Shown: piece after piece, positions 46,910 through 56,085 of the stretch
Numbering within the stretch: the stretch's first letter is position 1
Layout: every line of letters starts with the position of its first letter
Assembly: GCA_036270075.1 (NCBI GenBank)
Contig: DATBDF010000152.1
Location: 1,532-65,531 of the forward strand
Length of the DNA stretch: 64,000 bases
Source: Nocardioides sp.
GTDB lineage: Bacteria > Actinomycetota > Actinomycetes > Propionibacteriales > Nocardioidaceae
Direction: 5' to 3'
The notes under the pieces: generated by a model
What the model saw: only the letters and a program-made list of their open reading frames with translations
What the model was told of the DNA's origin: nothing
The model's database searches: none
Translations under genes and position numbers: made by a program

Positions 46910-47620
46910 GTGAACCAAGCCCCTGTCGTCGACGTGCGCAGCCTGCACGTCCGCTTCGGCGAGGTCGAGGCCGTGGCCGGCATCGACCTCGAGGCCTACG
47001 CCGGTCAGGCAACCGCGCTCCTCGGGCGCAACGGGGCCGGCAAGTCGACCACCATGCGCGTGCTCGCGGGTGTCGTCCCACCCACGGCCGGCACGGTCAC
47101 CGTGGCCGGCCTCGACATCCGCAAGGACACGCTCGCGGTCAAGCAGCTGAGCGGCTACTGCCCCGACGTGGGTGGTCTCGTGCCGCGGGCGACGCCGTGG
47201 GAGCACCTCCAGCTCAGCGCCAAGCTGCGGCGCCTCAGCGGCTGGGAGGACCGCGCCCGCGACCTGCTCGAGCGCTTCGAGCTCGGCGACGTCATGAACC
47301 GCGTGACCGGTGGCTTCTCGCACGGCATGGGCCGCCGGCTCTCGGTCGTGCTCGCGGCGATGCACGACCCGCAGGTGCTGCTGCTGGACGAGCCGTTCGA
47401 CGGCGTCGACCCGATCGGCGTCGAGGCGACGTTCGAGGTGATCGCGGACGCGCGGGCGCGGGGCGCCACGATCCTGCTCTCGACGCACCTGCGCGACCTC
47501 GCCGTCCAGGCCTGCGGCACGGCCCTCGTGCTCCGCGGCGGCTCGCGCGTGGCGTCGCTCGACGCGGAGGAGATGGCAGGCGAGGAGGGTGCTCGTGCCT
47601 ACCGCGCTCTCCTCGACTGA
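46910..47620 (+). CDS. ABC transporter ATP-binding protein
   Basis: GRNGAGKST, FSHGM, LLDEP, STH. Confidence 0.88.
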   Translation: MNQAPVVDVRSLHVRFGEVEAVAGIDLEAYAGQATALLGRNGAGKSTTMRVLAGVVPPTAGTVTVAGLDIRKDTLAVKQLSGYCPDVGGLVPRATPWEHLQLSAKLRRLSGWEDRARDLLERFELGDVMNRVTGGFSHGMGRRLSVVLAAMHDPQVLLLDEPFDGVDPIGVEATFEVIADARARGATILLSTHLRDLAVQACGTALVLRGGSRVASLDAEEMAGEEGARAYRALLD

Positions 47621-49157
47621 CACGTCACCGACGTACCGACGCGCGGGTCACCTCGCGGTTGCCCGACGCGCTGTCACCGACGCGTGGATCCTCTTCCAGT
47701 TCCGTCGGCAGGCGGTACGCCGGCGCCACCTCGCCCGGGCGCTGGTCCTGGTGTTCCTGGTCGTGACGTTGGGTGCCGCCATCGGCCCGTCGTTCGCCGA
47801 CGGGGCCCACGCCACCGGGGGCAAGTCGTTCGACGTGCTGCTGCTGATCCCCACGGCGATGGCGGGCATCCTGCTGCTGAACATGGCCTCGGCGGTGGCC
47901 TCGGGTGGTGGTCGCGAGCTGATCTCGCGCGACCAGGCCGCACCGTTTCCGATCAGTCCGACCACGGACCACCTCGGTGCTCTCCTGCTCGCTCCGCTCA
48001 ACATCGCCTGGATGATCCAGGCCTGGGTGCTGCTCGGCTCGGTGGCCTACGCGACGCCACCCCACCTGCTGGCACAGGCCCAGGTCGCGACGCTGCTCTG
48101 GCTGGTCTTCGCCACCACCGCCGCGCAGGTGGTCGCGTGGTCGATGGAGTCGATCCGACGCGGACCCTTCGGGATCGCGATCACCCGCTCGTTGCTCCTT
48201 TGCCTGGGCGCGGCCGCGGCCCTCGTCCAGGTCACCGGCAGGACCACCGACGTGCTGGACCAGGTGCCCACCGTGTGGTTCTTCCAGCACGCCCTCGCCG
48301 GCTGGTCCTGGCGTTGGGTCGAGGTGGTCGCGGTGCTGGTGGCGGTGTCGGTGGCCGCCGTCGTCGCGGGCGCCGTTCCCACGCACGTGGCGGCCAAGCG
48401 GATGCCGCGCGACGAGGCCCGGATGGAGACCGACCAGCACGCGCCGCGGTCCCTCCCGAGCACCGTGCTCGGGATCCTCGTCCGTACCGACCGTGCGTCG
48501 GTGTGGCGCTCGGTCCCGATGCGTCGCGGCGTGCTGGTCCTCGCGATCGGGCCCGGCCTGGTCGCTCTCTTCGGCGACCTGCAATGGGGCCAGATGATGA
48601 TCCTGCCCGGCCTGGTCGCCTCCGGTGGTGCCTTGCTGTTCGGCGTCAACGCCTGGTGCCTCGACGGTCGCGGCGCCCTCTGGCGCGAGAACCTCCCGGC
48701 GCCGGCCACGGCCCTGTTCGACGCCCGGACCTTGGTCCTCGCCGAGTTCCTCGGGGTCGCCTCTCTGATCACGGTCCTGGTCGGTGCCCTACGCGCCGGC
48801 ATACCAGACCCTGAAGAGCTGGCCGCGCTGGTGGCCACGCTGGTCGTGGTCACGCTGCAGGTGGTGGGCGCGGCCCTGCGCTGGTCGCTCAAGCACCCCT
48901 ACCCGGTCGACCTCCGCTCGGCTCGAGCCACGCCCGCGCCACCCGCCGCGATGGTGGGCTACTCCGCCCGGCTGGCGACCTGCACGACCTTCACCGGGAT
49001 GATCTTCATGGGCTGTGCCAACGTGCCCGACTGGCGGCTGTCCCTGATCGTCGCCATGCCCTGTGTGCTCTGGTCGGGGACCCGCCTGGCCCGCACGCGG
49101 CATCGCTGGGAGGACCCGGTCACGCGGGCCCGGGTTGTCAGCACCGTCGCCGCCTGA
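47589..49157 (+). CDS. multi-TM ABC permease-like protein
   Basis: About 12 hydrophobic segments downstream of the ATPase gene; start uncertain. Confidence 0.72.
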   Translation: MLVPTALSSTDTSPTYRRAGHLAVARRAVTDAWILFQFRRQAVRRRHLARALVLVFLVVTLGAAIGPSFADGAHATGGKSFDVLLLIPTAMAGILLLNMASAVASGGGRELISRDQAAPFPISPTTDHLGALLLAPLNIAWMIQAWVLLGSVAYATPPHLLAQAQVATLLWLVFATTAAQVVAWSMESIRRGPFGIAITRSLLLCLGAAAALVQVTGRTTDVLDQVPTVWFFQHALAGWSWRWVEVVAVLVAVSVAAVVAGAVPTHVAAKRMPRDEARMETDQHAPRSLPSTVLGILVRTDRASVWRSVPMRRGVLVLAIGPGLVALFGDLQWGQMMILPGLVASGGALLFGVNAWCLDGRGALWRENLPAPATALFDARTLVLAEFLGVASLITVLVGALRAGIPDPEELAALVATLVVVTLQVVGAALRWSLKHPYPVDLRSARATPAPPAAMVGYSARLATCTTFTGMIFMGCANVPDWRLSLIVAMPCVLWSGTRLARTRHRWEDPVTRARVVSTVAA

Positions 49158-49216
49158 GCGACCGCGGGGAACGGTGCGGCGCGCTCGAGCGTCAGCCGCC
49201 CCCTACGCTCGGCAGC

Positions 49217-50464
49217 ATGGACTTCGCTCCGTCACCCCGGGCCGCCGACCTCACCGCTCGGGTGGCCGAGTTCATGGCGTCGGAGATCGAGCCGGTCGAG
49301 GCCGACTACCACCGTGACCTCGCCGTCGCACGCCGTGCCGGACGGCAGTGGACACCGCTGCCGGTCCTCGCCGAGCTCCAGGCCGAGGCCCGGCGCCGGG
49401 GACTGTGGAACCTGTTCCTCCCGCGGCAGCACGCCGGGGAGTACGCCGCGCGCTTCGGCACCGACGGCGGCGAGGGACTGACCAACCTCGACTACGCGCC
49501 GCTCGCCGAGCAGATGGGCCGGTCGGCGATCGCACCGCTGGTGTTCAACTGCAACGCACCCGACACGGGGAACATGGAGGTGCTGCTGCGCTACGGCTCG
49601 GCCGACCAGCGGCGCCAGTGGCTCGAGCCGCTGCTCGACGGTCGCATCCGTTCGGCGTTCGCGATGACCGAGCCCGACGTGGCGTCGTCCGATGCGACGA
49701 ACATGGCCGCGACATGCGTCGTCGACGGCGACGAGGTGGTGATCAACGGCCGCAAGTGGTGGTCGACCGGCGTCGGCAACACCGAGTGCCGGGTCCTGGT
49801 CTTCATGGGCGTCACGGACCCGGACGCAGACCGGCACCGTCGGCACTCGATGGTGCTGGTCCCGCTGGATGCACCGGGCGTGCGCGTCGAGCGGATGCTG
49901 AGCACGATGGGCCTGTACGATGAGCCGCTCGGGCACGGTGAGGTGTCGTTCACCGACGTACGGGTCCCGCTGGCGAACGTGATCTCCGGGCCTGGTGAGG
50001 GGTTCGCCATCGCGCAGGGACGGCTCGGCCCGGGCCGGATCCATCACTGCATGCGGCTGGTCGGTCTGGCGGAGCTGGCGCTCGAGCTGGCCTGCCGGCG
50101 CGGGCTCGAGCGGACGGCGTTCGGCAAGCCGCTGGTGGACCTCGGTGGGAACCGGGAGCGCATCGCCGACGCCCGGATCGCCATCGACCAGGCGCGGCTG
50201 CTGGTGCTCGACGCTGCCTGGAAGCTCGACCAGGGCGGCCCGACGAACGCGCTCAGCGAGGTGTCGGCGATCAAGGTCGCCGTTCCCCGGATGGCACAGG
50301 AGGTGATCGACATGGCGCTCCAGGTGCATGGTGGCGGCGGCATGTCGGACGACTTCCCGCTCGCGGCGGCTTTCGTGAACGCACGGGCGCTGCGGCTCGC
50401 GGACGGCCCCGACGAGGTGCACCGCGGCATGGTTGCTCGGCTCGAGCTCGCGAAGTACCGATGA
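49217..50464 (+). CDS. acyl-CoA dehydrogenase (ACAD10/11, FadE2-like)
   Basis: NCNAPDTGNME, MTEP.VASSDATN, QGRLGPGRIHHCMR, RLADGPDEVH. Confidence 0.92.
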   Translation: MDFAPSPRAADLTARVAEFMASEIEPVEADYHRDLAVARRAGRQWTPLPVLAELQAEARRRGLWNLFLPRQHAGEYAARFGTDGGEGLTNLDYAPLAEQMGRSAIAPLVFNCNAPDTGNMEVLLRYGSADQRRQWLEPLLDGRIRSAFAMTEPDVASSDATNMAATCVVDGDEVVINGRKWWSTGVGNTECRVLVFMGVTDPDADRHRRHSMVLVPLDAPGVRVERMLSTMGLYDEPLGHGEVSFTDVRVPLANVISGPGEGFAIAQGRLGPGRIHHCMRLVGLAELALELACRRGLERTAFGKPLVDLGGNRERIADARIAIDQARLLVLDAAWKLDQGGPTNALSEVSAIKVAVPRMAQEVIDMALQVHGGGGMSDDFPLAAAFVNARALRLADGPDEVHRGMVARLELAKYR

Positions 50465-51414
50465 GCCGTGTGCTCGTCACCGGCGCCGCCTCGGGTCTGG
50501 GCGCGGCGCTGACCCGGGCGTTCCGCGAGCGGGGTGACGAGGTGCTGGCCACGGACGTCACCGGTCGGGGTGGTTTCGAGACGGGCGCCGGGGCGCCCTC
50601 CTCAACCACCGGAGGCCGGGCCGGGGCGCCCTCCTCAACCACCGGAGGCCGGGCCGGGGCGCCCTCCTCCACCACCGGAGGCGGGGCCGGGGTGCCCTCC
50701 TCAACCACCGGAGGCGGGGCCGGAGCGCCCTCCTCAACCATCGGGAGCGCCGGGGACTTGATGCGGCTCGACATCACGTCGGACGACGACTGGGCCGCGG
50801 CGGTCGGATGGGTCGAGGACCGGTGGGGTGGGCTCGACCTGCTGGTCAACAACGCCGGGGTCGCGGGCGGGGGCCGGATCGACGTCGCAGGCCTCGACGA
50901 ATGGCAGCTGATCCTCGACGTCAACCTGCTCGGCATGGTGCGTGGCTGCCGGGCGTTCACGCCGATGCTCAAGCGTCAGCGCTCGGGAGCCATCCTCAAC
51001 GTCGCGTCGCTGGCGGGCCTCGTGCACCCGGCCGGGATGGCGTCGTACAACGCGGTGAAGGCCGCCGTGGTCGCCCTGACCGAGACCCTCGGCCACGAGC
51101 TGGCGGCGTACGGCGTGACCGCGCACGTGGTGTGCCCGTCCTACTTCAGGACCAACCTGTTGTCCTCGCTCCGGGTTGCGGACCAGGCCCTGGGGGCGGT
51201 GGTGACCCACCTCGTCGAGTCCTCGCCCTTCACCGCCGACGACATCGCGGCCGCCGTGCTGCTCGGCCTCGACGCGGGCGACGAGCTGATCCTCCCCGAC
51301 CCGATGGCGCGGGCGGCGTACGACCTGAAGCTCCGCGACCGCGCAGCGTACGACGCCCAGCTCCGCCGCCAGGCGGCCCGGCTCCAGGAGCTGGACGGCC
51401 GCGCGGCCGAGTAG
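50461..51414 (+). CDS. SDR oxidoreductase carrying an in-frame repeat insertion
   Basis: TGAASGLG, NNAG, YNAVK; insertion of AGAPSSTTGG-type repeats. Confidence 0.88.
   Translation: MSRVLVTGAASGLGAALTRAFRERGDEVLATDVTGRGGFETGAGAPSSTTGGRAGAPSSTTGGRAGAPSSTTGGGAGVPSSTTGGGAGAPSSTIGSAGDLMRLDITSDDDWAAAVGWVEDRWGGLDLLVNNAGVAGGGRIDVAGLDEWQLILDVNLLGMVRGCRAFTPMLKRQRSGAILNVASLAGLVHPAGMASYNAVKAAVVALTETLGHELAAYGVTAHVVCPSYFRTNLLSSLRVADQALGAVVTHLVESSPFTADDIAAAVLLGLDAGDELILPDPMARAAYDLKLRDRAAYDAQLRRQAARLQELDGRAAE
50569..50744 (+). repeat. REP-like palindrome plus about 5 tandem 33-bp units inside the SDR CDS
   Basis: GGTGGTT..AACCACC ends (50569-50610); unit GCCGGGGCGCCCTCCTCAACCACCGGAGGC(C/G)GG at 50587, 50620, 50653, 50686, 50719. 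Confidence 0.92.
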
Positions 51415-51473
51415 CCCGAATCGATCCTGCGACAAACGACCCGGACCCGGTGTTCCTGGGGCATCGTGGACCC

Positions 51474-52901
51474 GTGAAGGGCGGTTTCGAGGAGTGGGCG
51501 GCGGCGAGGACGCCGTCCCTGCTCGCGTTCGCCTCGGCTCTCACTGAGGACGACCGAGCCGCCGACGCCGCCGTGACCCGCGCCCTCGCCCGGATCCGGT
51601 CGACATGGGACCAGGTCGCTCGTGAGGACCCCGATCTGGAGGCGCGGCGCCAGGTGGTCCGGGCCTGCTCGTCGTCACGCCGGGCGGCCGTGGTGCTCCG
51701 GGCGCTGGAGGGGCGCTCGGACGCCGAGATCGCCGGGGTCCTCGGCTGCTCCGAGTCGGCGGCACGACGGCACCTCCACCGGGGTCTGGGGGAGGCGGAG
51801 CGGCGGCCCGGGGAGGAGTCCTCGGTCCGCGACCACCTCGTGGCGCGCGCTGGTGCCGCTCCGACGCAGCTCCTGACCCGTCCTCCGACGCCGGCACTCG
51901 AGGAACCACCCCGCCGGCGCAGTGGCTGGCTCGCGGCGCTGGCGATGATCGCGCTGCTCGGAGGGGTTGCGTTCGTCAGCCACGCGTCGCGCACTCCCGC
52001 CGGTGTCATCGACTACCCGCAGGTGGATGTGCCCGTCTCGTGGAGGTACGAGTCGTACGCCGGCGTCCAGGTCCAGGTCCCCGACACGTGGGGGTGGGGC
52101 GGCTCGCCGGTCACGTCGGGTTACTTTCCAGGGCCGCGCCACCTGGGTGCCTGCGGCACGAGCCAGGCGGCCATGCTCTCCCCGGAGGACGACTCGTCGT
52201 ACGTCTCGGTGCTGACCGGGTTCGTCGGTCGGCCGGCGATCATGGACCCGCGATGCGTCGCGTGGGGGGCCGACGGGAGCATGCCGGGCGGCGACGCCTT
52301 CTGGTTCGACTCCCCACTCCCGGTGGGGGTCAAGCCCCTCGGTGGAACGGTCGCCGAGACACGCCAGGTCGGCGCCCAGCGCGTCACGGCGTTCTCCGAC
52401 GACGGGGACCTGCGCCGCCAGATCCTCGGCAGTGCCGAGCTGGTCGGCGTCGACGGCAACGGCTGTCCGACGAATCCGGTCGTCCGGCCCGAGGCGGGGC
52501 CGGACCACCTCGAGCCGACCTCGCTGTCGGTGTGCGTCTACTCGCAGGACACGGGGGTCACGTCGCTGTTCTGGTCGGGCAAGGTGCCGGAGCCCGCGGC
52601 CGGCGCGTACGCCGCGGCGGTCGCCCACACCTCCGGCGACGCCACCCGCCAGGTCTCCGCCACGCGACCGTGCTGGACCCCGACCGGTCGCTGGGTCGCC
52701 CTCGGCCTCACCGGCGCCGGGGGCACACGCTGGGACCTGGTCAACCTCGGCTGTGGTCGCATCCAGCTGGCGGGCGGTGCCGAGGCGGCCCTCACCCCCC
52801 GCACGGTGCAGCCCTGGGCGTCCGGCGGCGCGACGGCGTACGTCAGCCCACCGCGCGGCAGACGGGACCTCGACCGGTACCTCACCGGCCCTGCGGGCTG
52901 A
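51474..52901 (+). CDS. degenerate ECF sigma-like N-terminus fused to a TM and extracytoplasmic Cys-containing domain
   Basis: FEEWAAARTPSLLAFA (sigma2-like), AVVLRALEGRSDAEIAGVLGCS (sigma4 HTH), TM WLAALAMIALLGGVAFV. Confidence 0.7.
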   Translation: MKGGFEEWAAARTPSLLAFASALTEDDRAADAAVTRALARIRSTWDQVAREDPDLEARRQVVRACSSSRRAAVVLRALEGRSDAEIAGVLGCSESAARRHLHRGLGEAERRPGEESSVRDHLVARAGAAPTQLLTRPPTPALEEPPRRRSGWLAALAMIALLGGVAFVSHASRTPAGVIDYPQVDVPVSWRYESYAGVQVQVPDTWGWGGSPVTSGYFPGPRHLGACGTSQAAMLSPEDDSSYVSVLTGFVGRPAIMDPRCVAWGADGSMPGGDAFWFDSPLPVGVKPLGGTVAETRQVGAQRVTAFSDDGDLRRQILGSAELVGVDGNGCPTNPVVRPEAGPDHLEPTSLSVCVYSQDTGVTSLFWSGKVPEPAAGAYAAAVAHTSGDATRQVSATRPCWTPTGRWVALGLTGAGGTRWDLVNLGCGRIQLAGGAEAALTPRTVQPWASGGATAYVSPPRGRRDLDRYLTGPAG

Positions 52902-52935
52902 TCCGACGCCGCGACCACCTCGACATACTGGGCCG

Positions 52936-54024
52936 ATGGACACCACCGCCGACGAGTCGCGCCCCGTCCGCGACGAGGACGCGTTCGACGTCGCGGCGGT
53001 CGTGGACTGGCTGCGGGGTGCCGATGTCGACGTGCCGGACGGGCTGCCGGAGGTGCGGCAGTTCCCTGGCGGAGCCTCCAACCTCACCTACCTGCTCCGG
53101 TGGCCCGGCGCGGCCCAGGAGGCGTTCGACCTGATCCTGCGACGACCGCCGGTCGGCACGAAGGCGCGCAGTGCCCACGACATGGGTCGTGAGTACCTCA
53201 TCCAGCAGGCCCTGCGACCCGTCTTCCCGTACGTCGCCGACATGGTCGGGTGGTGCCGGGACCCTTCCGTGCTGGGCTCGGACTTCTACGTGATGGAGCG
53301 CCTGGACGGGGTGATCCTGCGCAAGGAGCTCACCATCGAGCTGCCGCCGGCGGCCGCGTCCACGCTCTGCGAGCACGCCTGGACGGCCCTGGCCCGGCTG
53401 CACGGGGTGGACGTCGCCTCGATCCCGGAGCTCGCGACCCTGGGCCGCGGCGAGGGATACGTCGCCCGTCAGGTCGGCGGCTGGACCGCACGCCTGGCCC
53501 GCGCCGCGACGGAGGATCTCGGCGACTGGAGCGACATCACGACCTGGCTCCGCGCGGAGCAGCCGGACGACGTCGGCCAGTGCCTGATCCACAACGACTG
53601 GCGCTTCGACAACCTGGTCCTCGACCCCGGCGCCGGGCTGCGCGTGACCGGCGTCCTCGACTGGGAGATGGCCACGGTCGGCGATCCGCTGATGGACGTC
53701 GGCGGTGCCCTCGCGTACTGGATCCAGGCCGACGACGACGCCTTCTTCCGGGAGTTCCGGCGGCAGCCCACCACGGCGCCGGGGATGTGGACGCGTCGGC
53801 AGGTCGTGGAGTGGTACTGCGACCGTCGAGGCATCGAGATGACCCCGCAGCGGTGGCGGTTCTACGAGGCGTTCGGCCTGTTCCGGCTCGCGGTGATCAT
53901 CCAGCAGATCTGGTACCGCTTCGTTCTCGGGCAGACGCACAACCCGTCGTACGCCGGTTTCGGGGATGCGGTGCGCTACCTCGAGCAGCGCACCCGGCGC
54001 GTGATGTGCGGGGACCCGGCCTGA
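52936..54024 (+). CDS. phosphotransferase family protein (ACAD10/11 kinase-like)
   Basis: QFPGGASNLTY, LRRPP, AHDMGRE, HNDWRFDN, LDWEM. Confidence 0.9.
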   Translation: MDTTADESRPVRDEDAFDVAAVVDWLRGADVDVPDGLPEVRQFPGGASNLTYLLRWPGAAQEAFDLILRRPPVGTKARSAHDMGREYLIQQALRPVFPYVADMVGWCRDPSVLGSDFYVMERLDGVILRKELTIELPPAAASTLCEHAWTALARLHGVDVASIPELATLGRGEGYVARQVGGWTARLARAATEDLGDWSDITTWLRAEQPDDVGQCLIHNDWRFDNLVLDPGAGLRVTGVLDWEMATVGDPLMDVGGALAYWIQADDDAFFREFRRQPTTAPGMWTRRQVVEWYCDRRGIEMTPQRWRFYEAFGLFRLAVIIQQIWYRFVLGQTHNPSYAGFGDAVRYLEQRTRRVMCGDPA

Positions 54025-54058
54025 TGGGTCTGGTGCTGGCCTGATGGGTCTGGTGCTG
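54018..54058 (+). repeat. 20-bp tandem duplication spanning a stop/start junction
   Basis: GGCCTGATGGGTCTGGTGCT x2. Confidence 0.92.
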
Positions 54059-54709
54059 CTGGTCCGGCACGGCCAGGCGTCGTTCGGCGCCGAGGACTAC
54101 GACGTGCTGAGCGAGACCGGCGTCGAGCAGAGCCGGATGCTCGGTCGCGCCCTCGCCGACCAGGGTCTCGCGCCGACGGCCGTCGTCCACGGTGCGATGC
54201 AGCGCCAGCGCGACACGGCGACCGCGATCGTCGACGGTGGTGGGTGGTCCGCGTCGCCGATCCTGAACGACGGCTGGGACGAGTTCGACCACGTCGGTGT
54301 GATCGCGCGGTACGTCGAGGCCTCCGGCGTGGGCGAGCCGAGCGACCGCCGCGAGGTCCAGCAGGTCTTCGAGAACGCCACGGCTCGCTGGACCGGCGGC
54401 AAGCACGACGACGAGTACGAGGAGGTCTGGTCGGCTTTCGTCGCGCGCGTCGTGGCCGCCCTCGACCGCGCGTGCGCGCAAGACGGGATCACGGTCGTGA
54501 GCTCGTCCGGCGGACCGATCGCGGCGGCCTTCGCCGGGCTCGTCGACCCGTCCGCCACGCCCGCCGGGTTGCCGCGGCTGTGGAGGGTCTTCAACACCGT
54601 CATCGTCAACGCGTCGGTCACCCGCGTGCTCCAGGGGTCGACGGGGCGCCGCCTGCTCACCTTCAACGAGCACGGACATCTGCCGCGGGAGCTGGTCACG
54701 TACCGGTGA
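54044..54709 (+). CDS. histidine phosphatase family protein
   Basis: LVRHGQAS, RQRDTA, FNEHGHL. Confidence 0.87.
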   Translation: MGLVLLVRHGQASFGAEDYDVLSETGVEQSRMLGRALADQGLAPTAVVHGAMQRQRDTATAIVDGGGWSASPILNDGWDEFDHVGVIARYVEASGVGEPSDRREVQQVFENATARWTGGKHDDEYEEVWSAFVARVVAALDRACAQDGITVVSSSGGPIAAAFAGLVDPSATPAGLPRLWRVFNTVIVNASVTRVLQGSTGRRLLTFNEHGHLPRELVTYR

Positions 54710-54750
54710 GGGACGGCTGGTCCGCCGGGCCGGGCCCAGGAGGCCCGGTC

Positions 54751-54796
54751 GATCCGCCCTGAGCGGATCAGCGCAGGACGGATCCGCCGGGAGCAG
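54751..54796. promoter_or_regulatory. PopR/ClgR-like operator pair upstream of clpP
   Basis: GATCCGCCCTGAGCGGATC and a weaker GATCCGCCGGGAGCAG 30 bp downstream. Confidence 0.6.
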
Positions 54797-54838
54797 CGGG
54801 CCCTTCGGTCGGGGTACGTCGGGTGTCACCGTGGCGGC

Positions 54839-55453
54839 ATGAGCGAAGCAACGGCCTGGGGCCGGATCGACGACGAGCTGGCGAGCAGCCTGCTCGAACA
54901 ACGCACGCTGCTGATGGGCGGCGTGCTCGACGAGGCGTTGGGGAACCGGCTGTGCACCGGCCTGATGGTGCTCTCGGCCCGTGACCCGCGCGCGGACGTC
55001 CACCTCTGGATCAGCTCGCCCGGGGGCTCCGTGCCGGCGATGCTGGCCATCCGTGACGTGATGACGATGATCCCGAACGACGTGAGCACGCTGGCGATGG
55101 GCATCGCGGCCAGTGCCGGGCAGTTCCTGCTCAGTGCCGGCACGAAGGGCAAGCGGTACGCCATGCCGCACGCCCGCGTCCTCCTGCACCAGGGCTCGGC
55201 CGGCATCGGGGGGACGGCGATGGACATCGCGATCCAGGCCGACGATCTCCGCCACACCCGGGACACCGTCCTCCGGCTGATCGCCGCCGACACCGGGCAG
55301 GACGTCGAGACCGTGGAGCGCGACTCGCGGCGCGACCGGTGGTTCAGTGCCGACGAGGCCCACGAGTACGGGTTCGTCGACCACGTCGTCTCCTCGCTCG
55401 ACGAGGTCCGCACGCCCGCCGTACGCCCGCTGGGGCTGGGGGTCCGGTCATGA
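54839..55453 (+). CDS. clpP: Clp protease proteolytic subunit (catalytic Ser/His/Asp present)
   Basis: ISSPGGS, AASAG, LHQ, RDRWF. Confidence 0.9.
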   Translation: MSEATAWGRIDDELASSLLEQRTLLMGGVLDEALGNRLCTGLMVLSARDPRADVHLWISSPGGSVPAMLAIRDVMTMIPNDVSTLAMGIAASAGQFLLSAGTKGKRYAMPHARVLLHQGSAGIGGTAMDIAIQADDLRHTRDTVLRLIAADTGQDVETVERDSRRDRWFSADEAHEYGFVDHVVSSLDEVRTPAVRPLGLGVRS

Positions 55454-56085
55454 GCAGCTACTCGATCCCCTACGTCACCACCCTGACGAACCGCGGCGAG
55501 CGCACGGTCGACGTGTACAGCCGCCTGCTCGCGGACCGGATCATCTACCTCGGTACGCCGATCGACGACGGCGTCGCGAACACCGTCATCGCCCAGCTGA
55601 TCCACCTCGAGTCGGAGAACCCGGACGCGCCGATCAACCTCTACATCAACTCACCGGGCGGCTCGATCCCGGCGATGCTGGCGATCTACGACGCGATGCA
55701 GTTCGTGCGGCCGGCCGTCGAGACGACCTGTGTCGGCCAGGCCGTCGCCACCGCCGCCGTCCTGCTCGGTGGCGGGGCCTCCGGTCGCCGGCAGATCCTG
55801 CGGCACGGACGGGTGGTCCTCCACGCCCCGGCGGCCGAGGGCCGGGGGACGATCCCCGACCTGATCCTCGAGGCCGACGAGGTCGAGCGCGTGCGGTCGC
55901 TGCTGGAGGAGCTGCTCGCCCACGACACCGGGAAGACGCCGCAACAGGTGCGCGAGGACACCGAGCGCGACCTGGTGCTCACCGCAGAACAGGCCCGCGA
56001 CTACGGCATCGTCGATGCCGTCATCACCGAGCGGGACGCGCCCCGGTCGGCGTTGGCTCAGGCGGCGAGGCAGACCGGGGACTGA
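55450..56085 (+). CDS. clpP: ClpP-family subunit lacking the catalytic Ser (ClpR-like)
   Basis: DVYSRLL, YINSPGGS, GQAVATAAVLL where GQAASAAAVLL is usual. Confidence 0.85.
   Translation: MSSYSIPYVTTLTNRGERTVDVYSRLLADRIIYLGTPIDDGVANTVIAQLIHLESENPDAPINLYINSPGGSIPAMLAIYDAMQFVRPAVETTCVGQAVATAAVLLGGGASGRRQILRHGRVVLHAPAAEGRGTIPDLILEADEVERVRSLLEELLAHDTGKTPQQVREDTERDLVLTAEQARDYGIVDAVITERDAPRSALAQAARQTGD

Noticed and set aside
50808-51473. Upstream extension of the sigma-fusion ORF
   Set aside because: Arg/Gly-rich shadow overlapping the SDR; similarity begins at GTG 51474
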